A stretch of 64,000 nucleotides of DNA from Octopus vulgaris (Eukaryota), in assembly GCA_951406725.2 (NCBI GenBank), contig OX597814.1, positions 132,060,001-132,124,000 on the forward strand. Reading direction: 5' to 3'. Positions within the stretch are counted from its first letter, which is position 1; each line of letters starts with the position of its first letter. Both the position numbers and the translations under genes were made by a program. The notes beneath the pieces were generated by a model. That model saw only the letters and a list, made by a program, of their open reading frames with translations. It did no database searches and had not been told where the DNA came from. Positions 1-11,409 of the stretch are shown one piece after another.

Positions 1-1125
1 ACCTGCCCCTGGTAAGCAGTATATTGTACCAAATATCTATGTGTATGGTAAACGACTTTATGTAGTTGATCAGTTTGTCTACCTGGGAAGCACTATTAAT
101 TGATATAGCAATTTGGATGATGAAATGCCATATAGAATTAGGAAAGCAAGAGATGCTTTCGGAAGGCTAGAAAGGCGCCTCTGGGGTCGGCGAGACATAT
201 GCAGAAAGACAAAGATAAAGGTGTACAAGGCATGTGTGCTCCCTTCTCTTCTCTATGCCTGCAAGACGTGGGTCACATATCGATACCACCTTAAACAACT
301 GGAATGTTTCCTTCAGATGTGTCTCAGACGGATCTATGGCATTAAGCGGGAGGACCGCATCAGTGATCTTGAAATATTGGAAGACTCTCGGTGCGAAAGT
401 ATAGAAGCTCTTGTATTAAAGCAAAGGCTCAGATGGAGTTGTCATCTAGTCAGGATGAAGGATTCAAGGATGCCAAAACAATTCTTTTATGGAGAGTTAG
501 CTAAAGGAGAACGACCTCCACGTAAACCAAAAAAAGAGGTATAAGGACTTGCTGAAGGCTTCCTTAAGAGATGCTTGCATCTCTCCTAACACATGGGAGA
601 GCATAGCTATTAATCGTAGCAGGTGGAGAAAGATTGTGCACGAGAGGACAGCTACTTTTGAGAAAACTCGAGTTGCGCATGAGAAAGTAAGGAGGGATGT
701 CAGGAAGGGCATCGCTGCTACACTTCCAGATGGGAAGGGTCTCCCTATGATGCTGACATGCAATGTCTGTGCAAGACCCTGCCTCAGTAAAGCTGGACTC
801 AAGAGTCATCTTCGTAGTCATAAAGCAAAACAGATGAGTGACCACCTGGCCACTGATGGTGGTGTTACACACCATATTTATCATATCTGTCAGGCATGTG
901 GAAGAGAGTGTAATTCGGCTGGAGGACGTAAACGACATGCAAAGGTACATGAAGCCCAGTTACAACTACAGCCGGCTATTACCGGTAAAGGTTTTAACTG
1001 CCAATTCTGTACAAGACACTGTAGATCTTTAGCTGGGCTAAAATGTCACATTCGATCACAGCACCAATGACAGTTAAGCTTCGTGCAATGGCCATACTCG
1101 ATAACGAGGGGACAGTCATCATGTG
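1..1125 (+). mobile_element. RTE-clade LINE, 3' part (RT thumb/C-terminus plus three C2H2 zinc fingers), frameshifted
   Basis: ORFs 113-544 and 549-1070 carry RTE motifs (KIKVYKACVLPSLLYAC.TW, RLRW..HLVRM...RMPKQ.FYGEL..G.R, W...A..RS.WR), then three CxxC-x12-HxxxH-type fingers. Frameshift near 540; the upstream YLGS motif is followed by a stop. Confidence 0.88.
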
Positions 1126-1550
1126 CACATTGTATGTTTTGTTTTAAATATGTATTCTCATGGAGCTTTCTAATAGCATATCCGTGCATAGTCTTCTACT
1201 CATATAGGCTCGTCTTTTCATCTGATGATACGTTGCGGTAGAGTCGTGCAACTTCTTTGGGCACGTATTCAAGATTATCAGACAAGGAGTGTTGCTCAAG
1301 GAGCTATCTTCCAAGTCTTGTGATGTTATCAGGCTCATGTATGCAAGCATGGTCAAGAGATGCACTTCGGCACTTGGTGATTAAAAGATGTTGCCGAATG
1401 AATACGATGCGACATTCAAAGGCATTTTATATCGATGTTAAGCCTTTGCCATCTTGTTTTCGTTTTCGGTTGAGGTGGAAATTATGTATGTTTGTTAGTA
1501 TTTTCGGGTTTTCAAATCAATGGCTCAGATCTCATGTATGTATGTATGTA

Positions 1551-1947
1551 TCAGGTCATCCCATAAGTTCTGTCCGATTTTACCTTTTTTAAAATTGAAT
1601 AAAATTTAATAGCATTGTAGAATGTCTAATGGAATTAAAAATTATTTTTATGCATTTGTGTACATTTAAACTAATTAAATATTATTTTACAGAATAATAG
1701 AATTAAAATGTTTTGATTAAAACCCTTTCTATCAAGCCAGGAGAAGACCGAAACTGACATTTTAGAGTTCTTCGCTTTGAAACCAAAAGAGTTTTACACT
1801 GATGGGATTAAAAAGCTTGTAAATAGGTGGAAGGAAGTCATAGATAATCAAGGAAAAGTACATTGATGATTAAATTTCAATTAAATATAACAATTTATCA
1901 CTTGTTTTCTTTATTCAAAATTCGGACAAAACTTATGGGATAGCCTG

Positions 1948-1948
<1 letters not shown>
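1551..1948 (+). mobile_element. Internally deleted mariner (MITE-like), same family as 2713-3917
   Basis: TIRs TCAGGTCATCCCATAAGTTCTGTCCGA / TCGGACAAAACTTATGGGATAGCCTGA with TA on both sides. The interior matches both ends of the element at 2713-3917 in reverse orientation. Confidence 0.85.
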
Positions 1949-1978
<30 letters not shown>

Positions 1979-2652
1979 TGTATGTATGTATGTATGTATG
2001 TATGTATGTATGTATGTATGTATGTGTAGACTTCTAGATAACGTCAAACCGGTTTGTTGATACTTTGTAGCAAGTTTACACATATCAATTTCTTGCAATT
2101 ACTATTTCCCCATGGAGCCGACGAGGAAGCCTTCTATATGATTGTCGCTTGCTAGAAATACCAGTCGCATCGCTCTCAAATGGCTCTATACTCTCTTCAA
2201 GAAAATAAACGTACACATTGAATAACGTACTCATAATTATATTGTTTGAATATATAAAAACGGGTGGTCATGGTTGAAACGCCTTAAATCACGTGTCTGC
2301 TTTCAGAATTAACCTGCAAAACGACTGTTATGAATTTCTGTATTTTTCCTGTGTCTCTCTCCTCTCTCACTTTCTCTGTCTCGTTCTCTCGCCCACTCCC
2401 TCGTCCTCTCTTCTTCGGGCTCTCTCCCTCTCCTACATTCTCTCCCTCCTTCCTCTCTGTATTTGTGTCTTCGCGGGATTTTGTGTATCAGATACGCTCT
2501 ATTTAATTATTTAGATAAAATATAACAGCGAATTTTAGTATAAACAACCACATACCCATTTAAGCACGCTCACATACATGCATAAACACCAATACATACA
2601 TGAATACATACATACATATAGACATACATACAAGCAATACATATACGTATGT

Positions 2653-2687
<35 letters not shown>

Positions 2688-2712
2688 CATACATACATAC
2701 ATACGTACATGG

Positions 2713-3917
2713 CAGGTCATCCCATAAGTTCTGTCCGAATTTTGAATAAAGAAAACAAGTGATAAATTGTTATATTTAATTGAAATTTAATCTTCAATGT
2801 ACTTTCCTTGATTATTTATAACTTCCTACCACCTATTTACAAGCTTTTTAATCCCATCAGTGTAAAACTCTTTTGGTTTCAAAGCGAAGAACTCTGAAAT
2901 GTCAGTTTCGATCTCCTCCTGGCTTGCGAAAGTTATACCCCACTAAATGATTCTGTAAACTACGAAACAAATCGTAGTCTGAAGGAGCAAGGTCGGGAGA
3001 ATAAGATGGATGAGGAATTTTTCCCAACCAAGCTCTTCGACCTCCTGTGGTGTGATCTTTGCAGTGTGGGGTCGCGCATTGTCTTAATGAAACAACACTC
3101 CTTTTCGATTCACTAAAGCGGGTCTTCTTTTCTTCAAAGCTTGGTTCAAACGCTCTAATTGCTGACAGTAGACTGGAGCATTGATTGTCGCATTAGGTGG
3201 TAACAATTCAAAGTGAATTACTTCTTTGCAATCCCACCAGATAAAGAGAAGAACCTTTTTCCCACGAAGTTCCCTTCTCAGTTGCGGTTGAGCTTTTTCC
3301 CTTTTCCCAAGCCACTGTTTACGACGTTTAACATTTCGTTAGAAGATCCATTTTTCCTCACTAATCACAAGTCTATCCAAAAAGTGTGAAATGAGTTCGC
3401 AAGAATGGAGAGAATAGCAGATGTCAACACGGGATTTGCAGTTGCTTTCGGTCAATTCATGAGGAACCCATTTTCCAAGTTTAGGAAGCTTTCCAAGCTG
3501 TTGAAGATGACGATGAACAGTTGTATAGTTTGAACTAAGCTTTATTGCCAATTCTTCAACTGATAAAGCAGTTGAAGTAATGCCTCAAGGAGCTTATCAT
3601 CAAACTCAACTGGACGTCCTGTTCGATCTTCATCTTCAAGGCTGAACTCTCCACTTCTGACTTTTGAAAACCATTTTCTGCAAGTTCTTTCATTCAAACA
3701 TTTCCCCCCATAAACTGAGTGTATGTTTCGAATCGCTTCGGCTGCAGAGTTTCCGTTTTTGTACTCATAAAGCATTATGTGCCTCAAATGCTCTTTGGAT
3801 ACTTCCATGATAGAAACATTTTAATTCTATTATTCTGTAAAATAATATTTAATTAGTTTAAATGTACACAAATGGATAAAAATAATTCTTAATTCCATTA
3901 GACATTCAACAATACTA
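2713..3917 (-). mobile_element. Mariner (DD34D-type) transposon with decayed transposase, one end truncated by (TA)n
   Basis: Minus ORFs MEVSKEHLRHIMLYEYKNGNSAAEA...GRP and KLGKWVPHELT...EKWI, plus a HPSYSPDLAPSDY motif near 2975-3015. Frameshifts present; TIR at 2713. Confidence 0.9.
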
Positions 3918-3944
3918 TTATATATATATATATATATATATATA

Positions 3945-4046
3945 AGACTTCTTTTACTATTCCTGAGCGTTATACTAATACATCTGTTTGTCTTGTACAC
4001 CACCTGTCTTCGTCTATTGTTTTTTTCGTAAACTCTCCCTATATAC

Positions 4047-4123
<77 letters not shown>

Positions 4124-4137
4124 TATACATACATACA

Positions 4138-4187
<50 letters not shown>

Positions 4188-4395
4188 CATATATCTGTCC
4201 GGCATTCGCCATGATAGATCGCTAGCCACTAAACCTTTTTTCTATTTTCTTTCCCAGTTTATTTCTGTGTTCCTTTCTGTCGAAGAGAGTAGGCTCGAAA
4301 CGTAAAAGACTTTCTCACTTCCCGAGCGTTAAACAAATACTTCTGTTTGTTGTTTACACACCCATCTTCGTCTTTTGTTCTTTTTGTAAATTCTC

Positions 4396-4400
<5 letters not shown>
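3945..4400 (+). repeat. (TA)n-associated short interspersed repeat, two copies here and a third at ~5643-5770
   Basis: Shared block AAGACTTTCTCACTTCCCGAGCGTTAAACAAATACTTCTG...GTAAATTCTC followed by (TA)n at ~3945, ~4305 and ~5675. Confidence 0.7.
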
Positions 4401-4449
<49 letters not shown>

Positions 4450-4450
<1 letters not shown>

Positions 4451-5127
4451 TCCTGGATTCTCAGAACCTTCCAGTCGAGAGATTCCCACACTATTATTCT
4501 TCTCTTCTCCACTTTTGCCCGACCCCACCTTGAATACTGCTGTCCACTGTGGTCTCCCTACACAAAACAAAATATTATGAGAATTGAAGCTCCCCAAAGG
4601 TCAATCACAAAAAAGATAGATGGCATGTCAGACCTTGACTACTGGGGTAGACTAGAGAAGCTGAAACTGTATTCACTCCAACGACGCCGTGAACGCTACA
4701 TTATCTGTATGGTGTGGAAAATATTCCATCAGCACTGTCCGAATGATGTTGGCATCACCTTCAAAATACATCCAAGGCTTGGACCACGTGCCATCCGTCC
4801 ACAACAAAAATCTAAATCGCATCACATAACGACAATACGGCACAACTATTTCATCTCAATTGGACCCGCTCTCTTCAACATTACACCAGGACACGTCAAA
4901 AAAGAAACTGACCACCCAAAATTCAAGAAGTCTTTGGACAAATTCCTTCAAACAGTCCCGGACAAACCACCCACACCCGGATACGTCTCCGCAAACAATA
5001 ACTCTCTGCTCGAATGGGCCTCGGTGCCCAAATCCTGAATTGAAAGACTTCGCCAGGTGGTGCTATTAAGTTAGACATGGCCTGGGCCAATACTGGCCAA
5101 AACCATTCTAAGTTATTCTAAGTTAAG

Positions 5128-5130
<3 letters not shown>
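4450..5130 (+). mobile_element. 5'-truncated CR1/L2-group LINE 3' end
   Basis: ORF 4433-5038 with RPHLEYCCPLWSP, QR..TK.I, Y..RL..L.L.SL..RR and FK..LD.FL motifs. Short tandem tail ATTCTAAGTT x2 before (TA)n. Confidence 0.85.
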
Positions 5131-5184
<54 letters not shown>

Positions 5185-5210
5185 CTATTACTTAACCATC
5201 CTATCACACC

Positions 5211-5262
5211 GTCTCCGATGAAGGGATATAATTAATAAATATCCTGGAAACAGCTGTAAGAC
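5211..5262 (+). ncRNA. Variant minimal type-I hammerhead ribozyme motif (family also at 58271-58322 and 58651-58702)
   Basis: GTCT-CCGATGA-A-GGGATAT..ATATCCT-G-GAAA-C-AGCT-G-TA-AGAC: stem I, core with U4C, stem II, and a 1-bp stem III with palindromic loop. Confidence 0.55.
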
Positions 5263-5763
5263 CTTCTATCTATAAATGTTCTAATATCTATACAGTCTTG
5301 GTTTTTTATCTCATTACGCAAAAAATTATATATATATATATACATATATGTAGTGTACTCCATCTGGTTAGAGATAAATATATTTGATCAAAACACCATA
5401 TATTTTTATGACCTACTAATAACATTATGCGATGTAAAAAACAACTCAGTATTCAATAATATGTGTGGAATAGATACAGAAAGTCACCCTGTTATTGAAT
5501 TGTTACTCAAAGAATACTGGCGGAATATTCCCATTGAAACTATTGTCAAACGTAAACATAACAGGCTCCAGATATTGTTATTTGGGACAGGCAGGAAAAA
5601 GTATGTACCCGTCATAGAGGTTAGCTGTCCCTCTGATGCGAATTCTGTCGGAGAGAGTAGGCTTGAAACGTAAAAGACTTTCTCACTTCCCGAGCGTTAA
5701 ACAAATACTTCTGATTGTTGTTTATACACCCGTCTTCGTCTTTTGTTCTTTTTGTAAATTCTC

Positions 5764-5881
<118 letters not shown>

Positions 5882-6763
5882 TGTATGTATAATATTTTAT
5901 ATTGGTTAGCGATAACCTACTGTCGTTTAGGGAGTTATTACTTTGATTTCTTCGGACAGCTGCTAATCACATTTGTACTTTTAGACTTCAAGTACACTCA
6001 TTCTCTTTTCTTTCGTAGGTATTGCGCAGCAATCACCTGTTCTTAGATTGCAAATACATAGCTATGAAAGTGTTAAGTGACGTACCGGTTTCTAATCCAA
6101 AAGTGGCTGTACTTCATGTTGATGTACCTGATTTTTACAAATTTTCGGAAAATATTCCAATGCGTTAGTTTTTGTCGTCTACGCTGTTCCAGCCTGAGAT
6201 TCACTTATCCCTAACCTTTTCAACACGCACTTAAGTGAAAGTCTAACCCCCACACCTTATACAGTTAAGTGGATCATACTTGAGAAGTCCACACAAACGG
6301 ATAAAAAAATAAATGTAAGCATGTGCAGCTGAAAGAACACAGATTCTATTCAGCTGTAAGAGCTCCACTACATTGCTTAATTCCAGCTGTGAAATTTTCA
6401 GCCCATGTAAACATATCGGAATTTTTCTGTTGGCGAATTGGAATATACCACCCTCTCCGGACTGAGATACTGCAGATTCGGCCTCATGACTTTATGGTCA
6501 AAGTGGGCACAACTCTATTCCCACCCCTGTTTCCTTTCTGTTTTCTTTTTCGTTTTCCCGTGTTTTCAACCTTCTCCCGTTTACATCTACTCCATTTTCG
6601 CCTTTACTCATAATTTTTCTCACTCTGTCGTTCTGCTTTAGCTTGTTATACAACGTGGACGGAGCCTGGAGATTGCATGAAGGCACCAGACGTATTATTG
6701 AATGGTGAGTTGTTTTTCATTGCCGTGTTTATTAAATATATTTATCTCTAACCAGATGGAGTG

Positions 6764-6798
<35 letters not shown>

Positions 6799-6960
6799 TG
6801 CCCCAGCATGGCCGCAGTCAAATGACTGAAACAAATAAAAGTAAAAGAAAAAAGAAAAAATGTACATATATATACATGTATATATATATATACATACATA
6901 CATACATACATACATACATACATACATACATTCATATATATATATATATATATATATATA

Positions 6961-7505
6961 CGGGTGGGGCAGAGAGAACAGACGTTTTTGAAATGGCTAT
7001 TACTCAACCCCTGTAGGAGAGACATACGTCCAACACGTACCGTTCAGTCCGTTGTGTCTTTAGCATTCTTTTTTCTTTTCAGGTGTAGCCATGGTGCTGT
7101 GGACGATAGAACATCGGACGTTTGCCTAAAACAGTTAGGCGTCAGACAAGCGTTGATACGGAGTTCGAATCGGTCTGCTCGGAGGCATTTCATTGAACTC
7201 GGCATCGATAATCCATCAGTAAGGCCTATTTTGCATGAGCATCTGCATTTCCACCCGTACAAATTGTTCATTGGGTAACAGTTGTAACCGTGGGACTATG
7301 CACAGAGCAATGCTGGAGAGAGTGGAGGCCAACTTTCAAGAACGCCTTAAGAAATGCATCAACGGACACCACATGATGGATGTTGTTTTCCACACTTGAT
7401 TTTGACAAATGCTAATTCAATACGAACACATGGATGTTAATAAAATTTGTTTTCTGCTAAATTTAATGATTGTGTGAATCTTTCAAACACGATCGTCCTC
7501 TCTAT
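6961..7505 (+). mobile_element. Internally deleted Tc1/mariner-superfamily relic
   Basis: Transposase-like SVRPILHEHLHFHPYKL; degenerate inverted ends (AGAGAGAACAGACGTTTTTGAAA / TTTCAAACACGATCGTCCTCTCT); TA context. Confidence 0.6.
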
Positions 7506-7945
7506 ACATATTTGTTTTTTGTATTTCGGAGCTTTTGTGGATCTTGGCTAATCCGTAGTAATTGCTCTCTTTCATTACAGAGTTGCATATATAATCTTTC
7601 TTCTTGTTTGTGAAGAAATTTCGGAATAATGGGGCACCGCCGTTTCGCTACACTGTTATTACTGACAGCCTCCTCTAATATGTGGGTACTTGGTTAAGAA
7701 CGGAGTTTGATGTGGCTGCCCTCATTTGCAACTATTGCCGTGAGGTAGGTTCATCTTGGACTCTCGACAGAAAGAGGTCCAGTTTTGATTTGAATACACC
7801 AACACCCAGTTTGTGTAGCTCCCTCAGGCTCTTTGGGAAAATATCAAAATGTTGTGGACCCCTGAAACCCAGGCTGTTGCAGTAACTGTTCCTGAAGCGC
7901 GATGGCATTGCTGGGATATATATATATGTGTGTGTGTGTGTGTGT

Positions 7946-7992
<47 letters not shown>

Positions 7993-8467
7993 CGTGCATG
8001 TGTGTGTACATGTGTGTATGCGTGTATATATAGGTCCATTATGTTGCGCAGAAGAAGAGACTTAGCAAGATCGAATCCCTAAAACTGTACAATGGTTGGT
8101 GAGAATCTCGAATGACATCAGTTTTCTATAATATAGTACACCCAGGGATGTAATATGAATGTAGACCAGCGAAAATAGTTGAAACTGATGAGGGAAACAT
8201 TTTATGGGAGACAAAATAAGACAAGGAAATGAAACATTCAAAACTAAGTATCTTGTAATTTTAGTTGAAAAAGATACTAAAACTTGTAGGATAATAGATG
8301 TAACCTGTCATTTGAAACTAAGGAAAGAAAAAGAAAGCAAGAAGACAAATGCCAAAAGCATAAAAAACAAAAAAACAAAACAAAAAGAAAACAAAAAAAA
8401 CAACTTTGTAACAATGGAAATAATTGTGATTTTCATTATAATATAACCTTTAGATCCAGTGTTTGAA

Positions 8468-8678
8468 GATTTCCCGGTTTCTATGGCGTATTGGTTCCCC
8501 ATCTGGACGGGACGCCAGTCCATCACAGCGTTACTCAATTTTGCCAGCTGAGTGGACTGGAGCAACATGAAATGAAGTTTTGCTCAAGAACACAACGCGT
8601 CGCCCGGTTCAGGAATCGAAACCACAATCTTACGATCATGGTGCTGACACTCTAACCAATAAGCCAAGCGGCTCCACA
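8468..8678 (-). mobile_element. tRNA-derived SINE family C (other copies ~40190-40430, related ~59320-59585)
   Basis: B-box-like GGTTTCGATTCC on the minus strand; near-identical to the copy at 40.2 kb. Confidence 0.7.
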
Positions 8679-9009
8679 GATAATAAGAAATAGTAAAGAA
8701 AAAATCTGACCACAGAAAGAATCCTCGAAATGATGATGGAATCTCGGATTTCCTGACATATCAAAGGCAATTTATCATTCCCAATTCGACAACCAGCACA
8801 TCCAATATAGGATAATTTAGCCCCGCTAATTACACCGCTTTTGTCACTTTTTAATGACTGGCGCATTATAATTTTAACTTCCATTACTCTTGAAGTTTTA
8901 TTTGGAGAAATTATTGGATGTTTGTCTTGAGTGGAAAAACTCTCTTCGCAAACATTTTGATATATCTACAAAATTATTGCGACCTTTTCTCCATTATTAG
9001 TTGCTGTCA

Positions 9010-9290
9010 GTCTTCGCGATTATGACGTTTCATGGCTTTTGCATGAGAAGCTTTCTCCGTACTGGTCAGTTCTTTGCTTGAGTCTGCCATTTATCATGTC
9101 CAACTCCTTTCCACTTCATATTCCCTTTTATGGTACCTGTGGATCTCAATCTAGGTTTTCCATGGTTTCTTTTCCCTTTGCATTGTTGAGAGTAAAGGAG
9201 TTGTCTGGGGAGTCTGCTGTTGTTGTCCAACCAGTGTACGTGATACGACCAACGTAAGTTTCTATCAATGAGGATATCCATTATTGGAGG
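9010..9290 (-). mobile_element. RTE LINE C-terminal fragment
   Basis: Minus ORF LRWSYHVHWLDNNSRLPRQLLYSQ..KGKRNHGKPRLR. Confidence 0.7.
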
Positions 9291-9781
9291 CCGATCAGCA
9301 TGCCGGAGGATGTCTTCATGTTGTCAAAAGGATGCAAAGATTTAATTTTCACTGTATATTTGAGGATAGCCGGATCTATTCTGTACGTGGGCCACTGCAA
9401 AGACATATTACTTGGAAATTGACAGACATGTACCAGAAATGAACAGGCATGTACCAGAGAATTTCGCATAGACATCAATGATTGATTATTGATTTTGATT
9501 ATTGGTGGCTTCAACCTCGCCTTTCTTTTGGAGTACACCTCGAACAGGCAATATCACCATACCAAGGATTTTTAGAAATAGTACACAAGCAACATTATTC
9601 GATTGTTCTCATCCCGGTTTCGCTTCCTGATTAGCGACACTCACATCCACCACTGAATCGCACACATGTGGTTGTGATACATGCGCCTGGTTTACCCGTA
9701 TCAGACGAGTACTCAGGGTGGATATATTGGTCTTCGTAAATTTGTAGCCCAACATCAATTTGAAGATGTATACTGCCCTCT

Positions 9782-9849
<68 letters not shown>

Positions 9850-9911
9850 ATAATAATAATAATAATAATAGTAATAATAATAATAATAACAATAACAATA
9901 ACAATATCTCT

Positions 9912-10329
9912 TACTCTCTTTTACTCTTTTACTCTTTTACTTGTCTCAGTCATTTGACTGCGGCCATGCTGGAGCACCACCTTTAGTCGAGCAAATCGCC
10001 CCCGGGACTTATTCTTTGTAAGCCCAGTACTTATTCTATCGGTCTCTTTTGCCGAACCGCTAAGTGACGGAGACGTAAACACACCAGCATCGGTTGCCAA
10101 GCAATGCTAGGGGGACAAACACAGACACACAAACACATACACACACACACACATATATATATACATATATACGACAGGCTTCTTTCAGTTTCCGTCTACC
10201 AAATCCACTCACAAGGCATTGGTCGGCCCGGGGCTATAGCAGAAGACACTTGCCCAAGATGCCACGCAGTGGGACTGAACCCGGAACGATGTGGTTGGTT
10301 AGCAAGCTACTTACCACACAGCCACTCCT
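9912..10329 (-). mobile_element. tRNA-derived CORE-type SINE family A
   Basis: Head GGAGTGGCTGTGTGGTAAG...GTTCCGGGTTCAGTCCC, CORE-like CTTGGGCAAGTG, internal (TA)/(CA) tract, (GAGTAAAA)n tail. More than 12 copies in the window. Confidence 0.85.
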
Positions 10330-10333
10330 TATC

Positions 10334-10431
<98 letters not shown>

Positions 10432-10449
10432 TAATAATAATGATGATAA

Positions 10450-11030
10450 ATACCCTGATGCAGTATCAGACACTAAGCCCTGATAGAGTACTAGACACTA
10501 TGCTCTGATGCAGTAGCGGGCACCATGCCCTGATGAGCAGGCATTGGCTCTCATGGCTTATGATCTTAATTGACGGTTAGTGTTATCATATACATGTTTT
10601 GTCTTGGTATAAAAGATCAGCTATAGCAAATATTCTGCTCAGTACTACAGATTTGTTTGTCAGTTGTTTGACCTTAACCAGTTGAGCATGTTCCTTAGTA
10701 GCTGACGATATGGGCATCTCCGATCACAAGCAGAAGTAGTGGGGGAGCATTATAGCCATGTGTTGAGAGGGATTCTTTGGAGTTTGAATAGTTCACCTCT
10801 GAAAACATGGGTGGTTCGTTCATCATCCTTAAACAATCCTTATTCAGGGACCTTTTGAGCGGGATGGGCTACTCGACCAGAAGAAAATTCTAACTGGACC
10901 CCCACCTGCAAGGTCATGCGCTGTATATTTTCATATGAGATCACCACTGTATATTTTTACCGTATCCACTACCCATTATGGGTATATTTGTACCTCAGTG
11001 TCAATTTGATGGCATGCGCTGCTCTCTCAC
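10450..11030 (+). repeat. Non-coding interspersed repeat following (TAA)n; inverted copy at ~60950-61375
   Basis: 10545-10925 matches the reverse complement of ~61050-61365. Begins with four ~26-bp CCCTGATGCAGTA-like units. Confidence 0.65.
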
Positions 11031-11149
11031 GACAGCGGGCTGCTGTCCGCTTTCACAGAATCTACCAGAGCAAACAAGACCGAGGTCTCTGAGAAGTAAA
11101 ACAACAACAACAGCAGTAAAAGCAGTAACAACAACAACAATTATTTCTA

Positions 11150-11352
11150 CTGAAGGACAAGGCCTGAAATTTGGGGAGGTGGGGCTAGTTGATTAAACTG
11201 ACCGGAGTGTTTCACTGGCACTTAATTTACCGACCACGAAAGGATGAAAGGCAGAGTCGACCTCGGCGGAATTTGAACTCAGAACGTAAAGATAGAAGAA
11301 ATGCCGCTAAGCATTTTCCTCGGCGTGCTAACAATTCTGCCAACTCACTGCC
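11150..11352 (-). mobile_element. tRNA-derived SINE family B (copies also ~22930-23095, 41925-42080, 46360-46560, 54420-54560, 63348-63555)
   Basis: GAGTTCAAATTCCGCCGAGGTCGAC..GCCTTTCATCCTTTCG motif on the minus strand. Confidence 0.75.
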
Positions 11353-11408
<56 letters not shown>

Positions 11409-11409
11409 G

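Noticed and set aside
10450-10545. CRISPR-like short repeat array
   Set aside because: The units are adjacent and degenerate, with no unique spacers and no cas genes, in a eukaryotic context.
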